64,000 bases of DNA, from positions 160,001 through 224,000 of the forward strand of contig OZ241863.1 in NCBI GenBank assembly GCA_965203055.1. Direction: 5' to 3'. Positions 1 to 12,752 of this stretch are shown piece by piece (positions within the stretch are counted from its first letter, which is position 1; every line of letters starts with the position of its first letter). The DNA is from Spirochaetia bacterium (GTDB taxonomy: Bacteria > Spirochaetota > Spirochaetia > SZUA-6 > Bin103). The notes below the pieces were generated by a model. The model was not told the DNA's origin. It was given only the letters and a program-made list of their open reading frames with translations, and made no database searches. The translations under genes were made by a program, and so were the position numbers.

Positions 1-1
1 G

Positions 2-1189
<1,188 letters not shown>

Positions 1190-1209
1190 TCTCCCAGGGG
1201 AGTGACCAA

Positions 1210-2334
1210 ATGAGTCGGGCGGGCTGGCTGGTCAGCGCTCCATACGATCTGACGTTCATCATCGGCTCCGCAATCCTGCTGTTCGTTCCCCACGCCGTCC
1301 ACCTGCTGTGGCCGAGCGCCATCGTCGTCGATCTGGTAATAGCCGCGGCGATCGGCGGCCCCCATCTGTTCGCCACCTACACGCTGACCTTCATGGAGCC
1401 CAACTTCCGGCGCCGGTATCCGCGCTATACCGCGGGCGCGCTGCTGCTGCCGCTGATGGTGCTGGGCACCGCGATCGTGAACCTCGATCTGCTGGTCACG
1501 GCGTTCTTCTTTCTGGCCGCCCTGCACGTGATCCATCAGGCCGGCTACGTCGCCGACAGCTACCGCGCCAAACGCCCGGAGCCGGCGGCGGTGCAGGGCA
1601 TGTCCCGCATCATCGACTACGGCTTGCTGCTGTGCAGCCTGTTCGTGCTGGCCACGTTCAAGTTCACCGGCGCCCGCCTGCGCATCTTCGGCCTGGACCT
1701 GAGCGAACACGAATTCGCCACCGGCGGCCGGCGCCTGCTGTTCCCGGAGTTCCTGCAGACCGAGGTGTTGGCGTGGGCGCTGATGGTGGCGTTCGTGCTC
1801 TGCGCCGCCGCGTTCGTCGTCAAGTCCGTGCATGAAGCGCTCACGGGAAGGGCCAATCTGCCGAAGACCCTGCACCTGGCGGTGGCGGCCGGCCTGTTCT
1901 TCGTCACCCCTGCGCTGCAGAATCTCGACGTGGCGTTTCAGGGACTGAATACCTGGCACTCGTTCCAGTACCTCGCAGTGGTGATCTTCCTCAACCGCTA
2001 CCGTCAGGAGCAAGGATTGATCGGCGCGCCGCGGGTGGCGCGCTTCGCGGCCAGCGGCGTGCGCCTGTACGGCGTCTGTCTGGGCCTCACCGCCGTCGCC
2101 GGCATCGTCTACCTGGCGCTGCGCGGAATGGTGCTGCTGCTCGACGCCTGGCCCGGCGACCTGCGGCACCAGCACTACTTCGCCTTCTACGTGGTAGTGC
2201 TGTCGGCGCTCCTGATCCACTACTACTTCGACCACTTCCTGTTCCTGCGCATCGACGACGTAATTACGCCGCGCGCGGAGAACCTGGCGCCCGCCGGACC
2301 GGCGGCGGCCCGGTCAGGCATCGCGCGGCAGTAG
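1210..2334 (+). CDS. Polytopic membrane protein with conserved His motifs, function unknown
   Basis: ATG at 1210 after GGGAG, 20 nt downstream of acs; many hydrophobic helices; GGPHLFATY, HVIHQ, WHSFQY, HYYFDH motifs. Confidence 0.75.
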   Translation: MSRAGWLVSAPYDLTFIIGSAILLFVPHAVHLLWPSAIVVDLVIAAAIGGPHLFATYTLTFMEPNFRRRYPRYTAGALLLPLMVLGTAIVNLDLLVTAFFFLAALHVIHQAGYVADSYRAKRPEPAAVQGMSRIIDYGLLLCSLFVLATFKFTGARLRIFGLDLSEHEFATGGRRLLFPEFLQTEVLAWALMVAFVLCAAAFVVKSVHEALTGRANLPKTLHLAVAAGLFFVTPALQNLDVAFQGLNTWHSFQYLAVVIFLNRYRQEQGLIGAPRVARFAASGVRLYGVCLGLTAVAGIVYLALRGMVLLLDAWPGDLRHQHYFAFYVVVLSALLIHYYFDHFLFLRIDDVITPRAENLAPAGPAAARSGIARQ

Positions 2335-2438
2335 CGGGCGCCAAGGATGCGAATGTCAAGGGCGGCCGGCAGACGGTCAAGGCGATCCCATGCTAAGGGG
2401 GACTGGACTGTCGAGAACTGAGTTGATAGGCTTAGGCC

Positions 2439-4250
2439 ATGGACTCTCGGAAGGTGCTCGACGAACCCCTGCCCCAGGCCACGCCCCCAGGGTTTGCGCT
2501 CGACGAAGTGGAGGTGCGCCTCGCACACCCCCACGAACGCGTCCAGTGGGACGCGCTGATGAACCACCATCACTATCTCGGCTTCACCCGCTTCGCCGGC
2601 CGCGGCCTGCGCTATCTCGCCGTCTGGCGCGGCCGCTGGCTCGCGCTCGCCGGCTGGCAGGGCGCCGCCCTCAAGTGCGCACCCCGCGATCGCTGGATCG
2701 GCTGGCGCCGCCCCGAAATGTTCCGCCGCCTCCATCTGGTGGCCAACAACACCCGCTTCGTGGTCCTGGGCCAGCGCGGCGTGTTTCCCAATCTCGCCTC
2801 CAGGATGATGGCCGCGATGCTGCGCCAACTCAGCGCCGATTGGCAGCACCACTACGGCCATCCGCTGCTGGTTGCGGAGAGCTTCGTCGATCCGCAGCGC
2901 TTCTCCGGCACCCTGTATCAGGCCGGCAACTGGACCTACGTCGGCGACAGCAAGGGCTACGCGCGCAGCAACGGCCACTACACCGACCCTCACGGCCACC
3001 CGAAGCGTCTCTTCGTGCGCCCCTTGCGGCGCGATGCCCGGCGCATCCTCAGCCAGTCCGGCAAGCTGCCAGACTGCTGGCGGGCACGGCCCGAACACCC
3101 AGACGATAACGCCGCAGTCGACAAGCGCAGTCTGTACGCCGAACTCGAAGACCTCCCCGACTACCGCCGCGGCCAGGGGCGCAAGCACTCCATTGCGACC
3201 GTGCTGACGGTCTACCTGTTGGCTGCGCTGGGCAACTTTCGCGGCCCGGTCGCGGCGGCGGAGTATGCTCAGAGGCTCACGCAGAAGGACCTCAAAGATA
3301 TTGGCGCGTGGCGCAATCGGCGCTCCGGGCGCTACCATCCGCCCCCCAAGTCCACCATCCACCGCGTGCTCATGCACGCCGATACCGAGCACCTCGAAGC
3401 GATCCTGCAGCGCTATTCCGAGTCCCGCCTGCCACCGCCAGCTCCGCGCCAACGCCGCGCCATCGCGGCCGACGGCAAGCGCATTCGCGGCGCCAATCGC
3501 CACGGCTCGCTACGCTACGAGACCGCCACCCTGGTCGAGCACGGCACCGGCGTGCCGCTCGCCAGTCTCAACTTCCACGACGAGAATGGCGAGTTGGCCG
3601 CCGTCGGCGCCCTGCTCGAGACCGTCCCGATCGCCGGCGCGGTGATCACCCTCGATGCCCTCCACACCACCCGCGACACCGCCACCAACATCGTCGAACA
3701 GCACCAGGCCCACTATCAGATGACCGTCAAGCAGAACTCCTCCGAGACCTACGAGGCACTCGTCAGCATCCCCTGGGAACACGCTACCGCGCGCTTCTCC
3801 ACAGCGTCCGAGAAGGCCCATGGCCGCATCGAACGGCGCCACATCGAAGTTATGACCCTGCCGCCCAACACCCTCAACTACCCGCACGTCGCGCAGGTGT
3901 TCCGGGTGCGCCGCGACCGCCACGTGCTCAAGAGCGGCGAGAAGACCGTTACCTACGCCTACGGCATCACTTCGGTGCCGGCCTCCGAAGCCTCTGCGGA
4001 GCAACTGCTGGCCTGGAACCGCGGCCACTGGGCGATCGAGTCGAAGAACCACCATCGCCGCGACCGCACCTTGGCTGAGGACGCCTGCCTGGCGCGGCGC
4101 CACGCGGCGCCTGCCAACCGCGCGGTGTGCAACAACCTGGTGCTGGCACTGATCCTGCGCTACCGCCGGTGGACCAACGTGGCGTCGGCACTACGCTACT
4201 TTACCGGGCGCCCGAAGGTAGCCATCAAGGCCCTCATGGCGCCCGGCTGA
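2439..4250 (+). mobile_element. ISAs1-family DDE transposase with N-terminal DUF4338 (DruA/Mom-like) domain; element ends not resolved
   Basis: N-half HHYLG, RDRWIGW, VANNTRF, PNLAS, ESFVD, GTLYQAGNW (DUF4338); C-half LPDYRRGQGRKH, IAADGK, TLDALHT, VKQN, HGRIERR, HWAIES (ISAs1 D-D-E intact). Confidence 0.9.
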
Positions 4251-4420
4251 GGCTGGCGCAGCCCGCTTCGAGCGCTCCAACCACTCCTCGAACCACTCCC
4301 GGCCCGCCCCGCGCTCCCATCCGGTCGCCGTGCGGGGCCAACTGTGCGACTACGGTCGGGACCAAGCCCTCAGGTGCGCCACCCGCTGTCCCATTCCCCT
4401 CCGCCGGAGGCAGCCGCTAG

Positions 4421-4441
4421 GTTCTCATCTTGATTGTCGCT
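4421..4441. repeat. 21-bp exact repeat GTTCTCATCTTGATTGTCGCT, copy 1
   Basis: Identical to 42570-42590; intergenic, downstream of the transposase. Confidence 0.8.
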
Positions 4442-4540
4442 CGCCACTCCGGCCTCCGCGTCGGCGCGGCTCCGACCAGCCTGGCCTTGGCCACGCCGCT
4501 ACGTTACTTCAGCCGGCGAGCGGCGGCTACCGGGGAAGGC

Positions 4541-5998
4541 TCAGTAGGACTGCTGGTCGGGGTCTATCTCGTCGACCCAGGCGCTGATGCCGCCCTCCAG
4601 GTTGACCACGTCGCGGAACCCTGCCTGCTGCATTTGGGCCACCGCGTTGGCGCTGCGCCCGCCCATCTTGCAGTGCACCACGTAGCTGGCCTGGGGATCG
4701 AGCTCGGCCAGCCGGTCCGGCAGCTCGCCGAGCGGGATCAGGTCGGCGCCCTCGATGTGGTTGATCTCCGCTTCCCACGGCTCGCGCACGTCGATCAGGC
4801 GGACCCCGGCGCCGCGTGCCAACCGCTCCTGCAGCTCGTGCACGTCGATCTCGCGGATACCGCCGCCGGCGCCGTCCGCGCCGGGCGCGGCCTGCCCGCC
4901 GCTGCTGCCGTTCAGCGCCGGCACGCCGCAGAACTGCTCGTAGTCGATCAGCTCGGTGACCGTGGGCCGCTCGCCGCACACTACGCACTGCGGGTTGCGG
5001 CGCAGCTTGAGCTGGCGGAAGCTGAGCTTGAGGGCGTCGTAGATCACCAGCCGCCCGGCGGCCACCTCGCCGAGGCCGAGCAGCGCCTTGATCACCTCGT
5101 TGGCCTGCAAGGCGCCGACCACGCCGGGCAGCACTCCGAGCACCCCGCCCTCGGCGCAGCTCGGCACCAGTCCGGGCGGCGGCGGCTCGCTGTAGAGGCA
5201 GCGGTAGCAGGGTCCGCCCTGATAGTTGAACACCGAGATCTGACCCTCGAAGCGGAAGATGGAGCCATACACGTTGGGCTTGCCGGTGAGCACGCAGGCG
5301 TCGTTCACCAGGTAGCGGGTGGGGAAGTTGTCGGTGCCGTCGGCCACCACGTCGTAGCGCGCGAACAGCTCCAGCGCGTTGGCCGAGGTGAGCGGCTCCT
5401 CGAGCGGCTCGATGGTGATGGCCGGGTTGAGATCGGCCAACCGTTCCTGCGCGCGCTGCAGCTTGGATTGTCCCACCTGCGAGGTGCCGTACAGAATCTG
5501 GCGCTGCAGGTTGGTCTCGTCGATCTTGTCGAACTCCACGATGCCGATGCGCCCCACCCCGGCGGCGGCCAGGTACAGCGCCAGCGGCGAGCCGAGCCCG
5601 CCGGCGCCGATCAGCAGCGCGGAGCCGGCCTTGAGCCGCTCCTGCCCCGCGCGCCCCACGTCGGGGATCAGAATGTGCCGGCTGTAGCGCGCCAGCTCGG
5701 CGGCGCTGAGGGAGGCGCCGCTGCCGCCGGCGATGGAAGGCACGATGGATATGGTGTCGCCGTTCTTGACCGCGGTGTCCTCGCCGTCCTGGTAGCGGAT
5801 GTCTTCCTCGTTCACGTACACGTTGACGAAGTTGCGCAACGAGCCGTCGGCGCCGAACAGGTGCTTGCCGAGCTCGCCGTTGGCGGCCGCCAGTTGCCGC
5901 AGCAGTTCGCCGACGGCGCCCTCGGTCTCGACCGCCACCGTGTCCTGGCCGTCCAGAAAGGGCCGCAGCGGCGTGGGGATGTGAATGGTAATGGCCAT
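4541..5998 (-). CDS. moeB: MoaD/ThiS-like ubiquitin-fold sulfur carrier fused to MoeB/E1-like adenylyltransferase and rhodanese (MoeZ-like)
   Basis: N-terminal IPTPLR...NVYVNEEDIR...IVPSIAGG; then ARYSRH, GAGGLG, NLQRQ, DGTDNF, CYRC, PSCAEGG, CVVC; C-terminal DVRE and HCKMGGRS rhodanese. Confidence 0.9.
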   Translation of the reverse strand: MAITIHIPTPLRPFLDGQDTVAVETEGAVGELLRQLAAANGELGKHLFGADGSLRNFVNVYVNEEDIRYQDGEDTAVKNGDTISIVPSIAGGSGASLSAAELARYSRHILIPDVGRAGQERLKAGSALLIGAGGLGSPLALYLAAAGVGRIGIVEFDKIDETNLQRQILYGTSQVGQSKLQRAQERLADLNPAITIEPLEEPLTSANALELFARYDVVADGTDNFPTRYLVNDACVLTGKPNVYGSIFRFEGQISVFNYQGGPCYRCLYSEPPPPGLVPSCAEGGVLGVLPGVVGALQANEVIKALLGLGEVAAGRLVIYDALKLSFRQLKLRRNPQCVVCGERPTVTELIDYEQFCGVPALNGSSGGQAAPGADGAGGGIREIDVHELQERLARGAGVRLIDVREPWEAEINHIEGADLIPLGELPDRLAELDPQASYVVHCKMGGRSANAVAQMQQAGFRDVVNLEGGISAWVDEIDPDQQSY

Positions 5999-6088
5999 GA
6001 TCGCTACGATAATAACGCCGAACCGCAGCTACGCAAAATCGCCGCTTCCGCCACCGCCGCCGCGGCGGCGCGGCGTCGCGCGAACGCT

Positions 6089-6118
6089 TTGAGCAGCTAC
6101 CGGCCGCGCGGCTATAAT
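6089..6118 (+). promoter_or_regulatory. Putative sigma-70 promoter for the carboxylate-amine ligase gene
   Basis: TTGAGC-18 nt-TATAAT upstream of ATG 6146. Confidence 0.5.
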
Positions 6119-6145
6119 CGGTTGCCGTGAACGCCATGGACGCCT

Positions 6146-7288
6146 ATGAACGCTGACCAATTGACCATCACCTTGGGACTGGAGGAAGAGTTCTTCCTGG
6201 TCGACCCCGAGACCCGCGATCTGATCGTCGATCCCGACCCGGAGCTGTTCGCCGCCTGCGAGCAGCGCAGCGGTCCGCACAAGGTAGTGCACGAGCTGCT
6301 GCGCACGCAGCTCGAGACCAATACGCGGGTGTGTCATTCGGTGGCCGATCTGCGTACCGCGATGCGCGAGACCCGGTCGCTGGTCGTCGACACCGCGGCC
6401 CGGTTCGGCGCCGCGGTCATGGCCGCCTCGACCCATCCGTTCGCCCATTGGAGCGCCCAGGCGATTACTCCCAAGGAGCGGTACGACCGCTTGACCATGG
6501 ATTTCCAGGAGGTAGTGCGCCGCTTCCTGGTCGGCGGCATGCACATCCATGCCGGCTTCGGCGACGCCGATTCGCGCATCCGGGTGATGACGGCGCTGCG
6601 CCGCTACCTGCCGGTGCTGCACGCGCTGTCCACCTCCTCGCCGTTCAACGAGGGCCGCGAGACCGGCTTGAAATCCTACCGCCTGACCTTGATCGGCGCC
6701 CTGCCGCGCACCAGTCTGCCGCCCGCCTTCCGCTCGCGCGCGGAGTACGACCGGCTGGTCGCCGACTACCAGGCGATGGAGTTCATCGGCGACGGCAGCG
6801 AGTTGTGGTGGGACGCCCGCCCGGCGGTCCGCTTTCCCACCGTGGAGATGCGCATCTGCGATATCTGCCCGCGGCTGGAAGACGCGCTGAGCATCGCCGC
6901 CCTGTATGCCTGTCTGGTGCGCCGGCTGCTGCGCCGGGACGCGGATCAGGGTCTGCCGCCGGAGCCGCCGGCGGCATTGATCGCCGAGAATCGCTGGCAC
7001 GCCGCCAGGTACGGGGTGGTCGCCTTCTTCGGCGACATCGATGCCGGCAAGCGCATCGACATCGACGAGTACGTCGAGCAGCTCAGCGCCGACCTCGCCG
7101 AGGACGCTGCGGCTCTCGGTTGCGAGCAGGAGCTGCAGCGCGTCTCCGAAATCATCCGCCGCGGCGCCGGCGCCGACCGCCAGCTCGACCTGTTCCGGCT
7201 GCGCCGGCTGGAGGGCGACACCGTCCCGCAGGCGCTGCGCGCCGTCGTGGACCTGATCATCGCCGAGACCCGCGAAGGGCTGGCCTGA
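6146..7288 (+). CDS. Carboxylate-amine ligase, YbdK/GCS2 (glutamate--cysteine ligase 2) family
   Basis: TLGLEEEFFLVD, QLETNT, AASTHPF, GMHIHAG, ALSTSSPF, LWWDARP, TVEMRICD, ENRWHAARYG. Confidence 0.9.
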   Translation: MNADQLTITLGLEEEFFLVDPETRDLIVDPDPELFAACEQRSGPHKVVHELLRTQLETNTRVCHSVADLRTAMRETRSLVVDTAARFGAAVMAASTHPFAHWSAQAITPKERYDRLTMDFQEVVRRFLVGGMHIHAGFGDADSRIRVMTALRRYLPVLHALSTSSPFNEGRETGLKSYRLTLIGALPRTSLPPAFRSRAEYDRLVADYQAMEFIGDGSELWWDARPAVRFPTVEMRICDICPRLEDALSIAALYACLVRRLLRRDADQGLPPEPPAALIAENRWHAARYGVVAFFGDIDAGKRIDIDEYVEQLSADLAEDAAALGCEQELQRVSEIIRRGAGADRQLDLFRLRRLEGDTVPQALRAVVDLIIAETREGLA

Positions 7289-7304
7289 CCGGTCCGCGTC
7301 TACC

Positions 7305-8423
7305 CTACGCCAAGCCGCGCAGGAACTGCAGCGCCGGCTGCACCCGGATGCCGTCGGGCGTGAGGTAGTCGTCGGTTCCGGTGGCGCTGAGCTGATGGGC
7401 GGCGGCCCCGGGGAAGCGCTTGCTCAGGTAACGCAGCGCCCGGTCCGGCGGCCGGTCGCTCCACTTCACCTCGATCAGATGGGTCGGAGCGCCGCGTTCG
7501 GTGAGCACGAAGTCCACCTCGCGCCCGTCGACGTCGCGAAAGTAGCGCAGGTCGAGTTCGCGCCCGCGCACGTCCTGCTCGTGATGGACCCACTTCAGGA
7601 GCTGGAGCGCTACCAGATTTTCGAACCGCGCCGCCCGATCGGCGACCGGCAGCCAGTCGTAGTGATAGTGCTTCCGAGACTTCTTGACCGCCCTGATCGC
7701 CGGCGCCCCGAATGGCGCGACGCGCACGATGGCGTAGAGTCGTTCGAAGATCTCCAGCCAGCGGGACAGCGTGCGATGGCTCACCTGCAGGTCTTCGCGC
7801 AGCGCATTCACCGACAGTGGACTGCCCACCAGATCGGACAGCCGCACCGCCAGGAGCTGCAGCGCGCCGAGGTCATCCACCTGCTCGAGGTCGGCGATCT
7901 CATCTTCGATCAGGCGGGCGCGGTACTCTCGGGACCAGCGTTGAGCGGCAGCCGGCGAATCACTCAGGTAGGGCTCCGGGAACCCGCCCTGGTCAAGCAA
8001 CCGGCCCAGACCCGGCGGGTCGTCGATCCCGAGCTCGGCGACCGACAGCGGATGCATCCGCAGGTGATGGTAGCGGCCTTGCAGCGAGTCGCCGCCGTAA
8101 CGATAGTAGTCAAGCCGACCGCTGCCGGTGACCAGGATCCGCCGGCCGTCCTGGCGGTCGTAGAGCCCCTTGAGAAAGCTTCGCCACTGGCGGAACTTGT
8201 GCAGCTCGTCGAACACCAGGAGATCGGTTGCCGGCAGCCGGCCGCGCAGGATCGCGTCCCGATGTTCCGGTATGTCCCAGTTCAGGTAGCCGGCCGCGTC
8301 CGCCAGCAGGTGTCGGGCCAGGGTCGTCTTGCCAACCTGCCGCGGACCGGACACGAACACCATCTTGCGCGCCAAGTCGGAGCGGACCTGCGCGGAGAGA
8401 TACCGCGGGAGGGTGCTGGCCAT
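7305..8423 (-). CDS. AAA_14-family ATPase with C-terminal DUF4143 (PD-(D/E)XK-like) domain
   Basis: GPRQVGKTT Walker A, VFDELHK Walker B, VTGSG, SLQGR, GGFPE, FEN, EVDFV..IEVKW. Confidence 0.88.
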   Translation of the reverse strand: MASTLPRYLSAQVRSDLARKMVFVSGPRQVGKTTLARHLLADAAGYLNWDIPEHRDAILRGRLPATDLLVFDELHKFRQWRSFLKGLYDRQDGRRILVTGSGRLDYYRYGGDSLQGRYHHLRMHPLSVAELGIDDPPGLGRLLDQGGFPEPYLSDSPAAAQRWSREYRARLIEDEIADLEQVDDLGALQLLAVRLSDLVGSPLSVNALREDLQVSHRTLSRWLEIFERLYAIVRVAPFGAPAIRAVKKSRKHYHYDWLPVADRAARFENLVALQLLKWVHHEQDVRGRELDLRYFRDVDGREVDFVLTERGAPTHLIEVKWSDRPPDRALRYLSKRFPGAAAHQLSATGTDDYLTPDGIRVQPALQFLRGLA

Positions 8424-8504
8424 ACCTCATGCTACGTTATTTGCGTCCATGAGAAAATCATGGCGACTAATTTCTACCCGCCGCAAAATTGACCGCCGCG
8501 CGCG

Positions 8505-9335
8505 TTACCAGAGAAGCTGCTCGGCGGGGAATACCGGGCCGTCGCGGCAGACCAGGGCGTACGCCGCGCGGTCCTGGCCGTTGCCGGCCGCCCGCACGCG
8601 GATGGCGCAGCCCAGGCAGACGCCGAAGCCGCACGCCATCGGTTCTTCCACCGCGGCCTGGCACGGCACGCCGGCGGCGGCCGTCAGTTGCGCGCAGCGC
8701 CGCAGCATCGGATGGGGACCGCACGCCAGCACCATGGTGCGCGCCGGCGCCGCCGCCAACGCCGCTTCCAGCAGGTCGGTGACCAGCCCATGGTGGCCGC
8801 GCGAGCCGTCGTCGGTGGCCACCCGCACCTGCCAGCCGCGGCCGGCCAACTCCTCCTCGCACAGCAGCAGCTCACCGCGCGCGGCGCCGAGCAGCGCGCT
8901 GCCGGTCAGCGGCGCCAGCTCGGCCGCGGCGTGCGCCAGGGGCGGCACGCCGACCCCCCCGCCGACCAGAATCACCCTCCCCTCGGCCGCGGCGGCCAGC
9001 TCGAACCCCCGGCCCAGCGGCCCGAGCAGTTCCAGCTCGGTGCCGGCCGCGGCCGCCGCCAGGGCACGGGTGCCCGGCCCCACCGCCCGCGACAGGAAGC
9101 TGCACCGATCGTCTTCCGCGGCCAGAAAGCTGAACGGGCGCGGCAGGAACACCGCGCTGCCCGGAATCCGGATCTGAGCGAACTGGCCGGCGCGGGCGCG
9201 GCGGCCGATGGCGCGCGTCGTGACCGTGATCAGGTTGTGGCCGGGCGCCGCCGCATGATTGGCCAGCACCCGGCAGCGCTCCTGCACGGCCTGAGGCGGA
9301 GCCGCAGGGCGGGCTCCTCCGGGGTTGGAATCCAT
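8505..9335 (-). CDS. pyrK: Dihydroorotate dehydrogenase B electron transfer subunit
   Basis: AGQF, PRPFS, GPLGRGF, GGGVGVPP, ACGP, EEPMACGFGVCLGC and CRDGPVF 2Fe-2S motif; follows carB. Confidence 0.88.
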   Translation of the reverse strand: MDSNPGGARPAAPPQAVQERCRVLANHAAAPGHNLITVTTRAIGRRARAGQFAQIRIPGSAVFLPRPFSFLAAEDDRCSFLSRAVGPGTRALAAAAAGTELELLGPLGRGFELAAAAEGRVILVGGGVGVPPLAHAAAELAPLTGSALLGAARGELLLCEEELAGRGWQVRVATDDGSRGHHGLVTDLLEAALAAAPARTMVLACGPHPMLRRCAQLTAAAGVPCQAAVEEPMACGFGVCLGCAIRVRAAGNGQDRAAYALVCRDGPVFPAEQLLW

Positions 9336-9368
9336 CAAGCCGCCCACCGCCCCTGAAGGAGGACGCCG

Positions 9369-12611
<3,243 letters not shown>

Positions 12612-12752
12612 CGCTCGAGGCGCGGCGCGGCATCCTGTATGAGTGGCAAACCATGCGGCGGCGGGCGTAATGTACCATCGACGACGGCGCCGAGTTCAAG
12701 GGCGGGGGCGAAAGCGCCGCCTGCCGATTGGCCGCGGCCCGGCCGGAAGAGC

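Noticed and set aside
2439..3100. Druantia defence system
   Set aside because: Only a DUF4338 domain fused to a transposase; no DruE helicase or other dru genes
2335..4540. Terminal inverted repeats/TSD of the ISAs1 element (e.g. CAAGGCGATCCCATG at ~2378)
   Set aside because: No convincing matching inverted copy found downstream, so ends are left undefined
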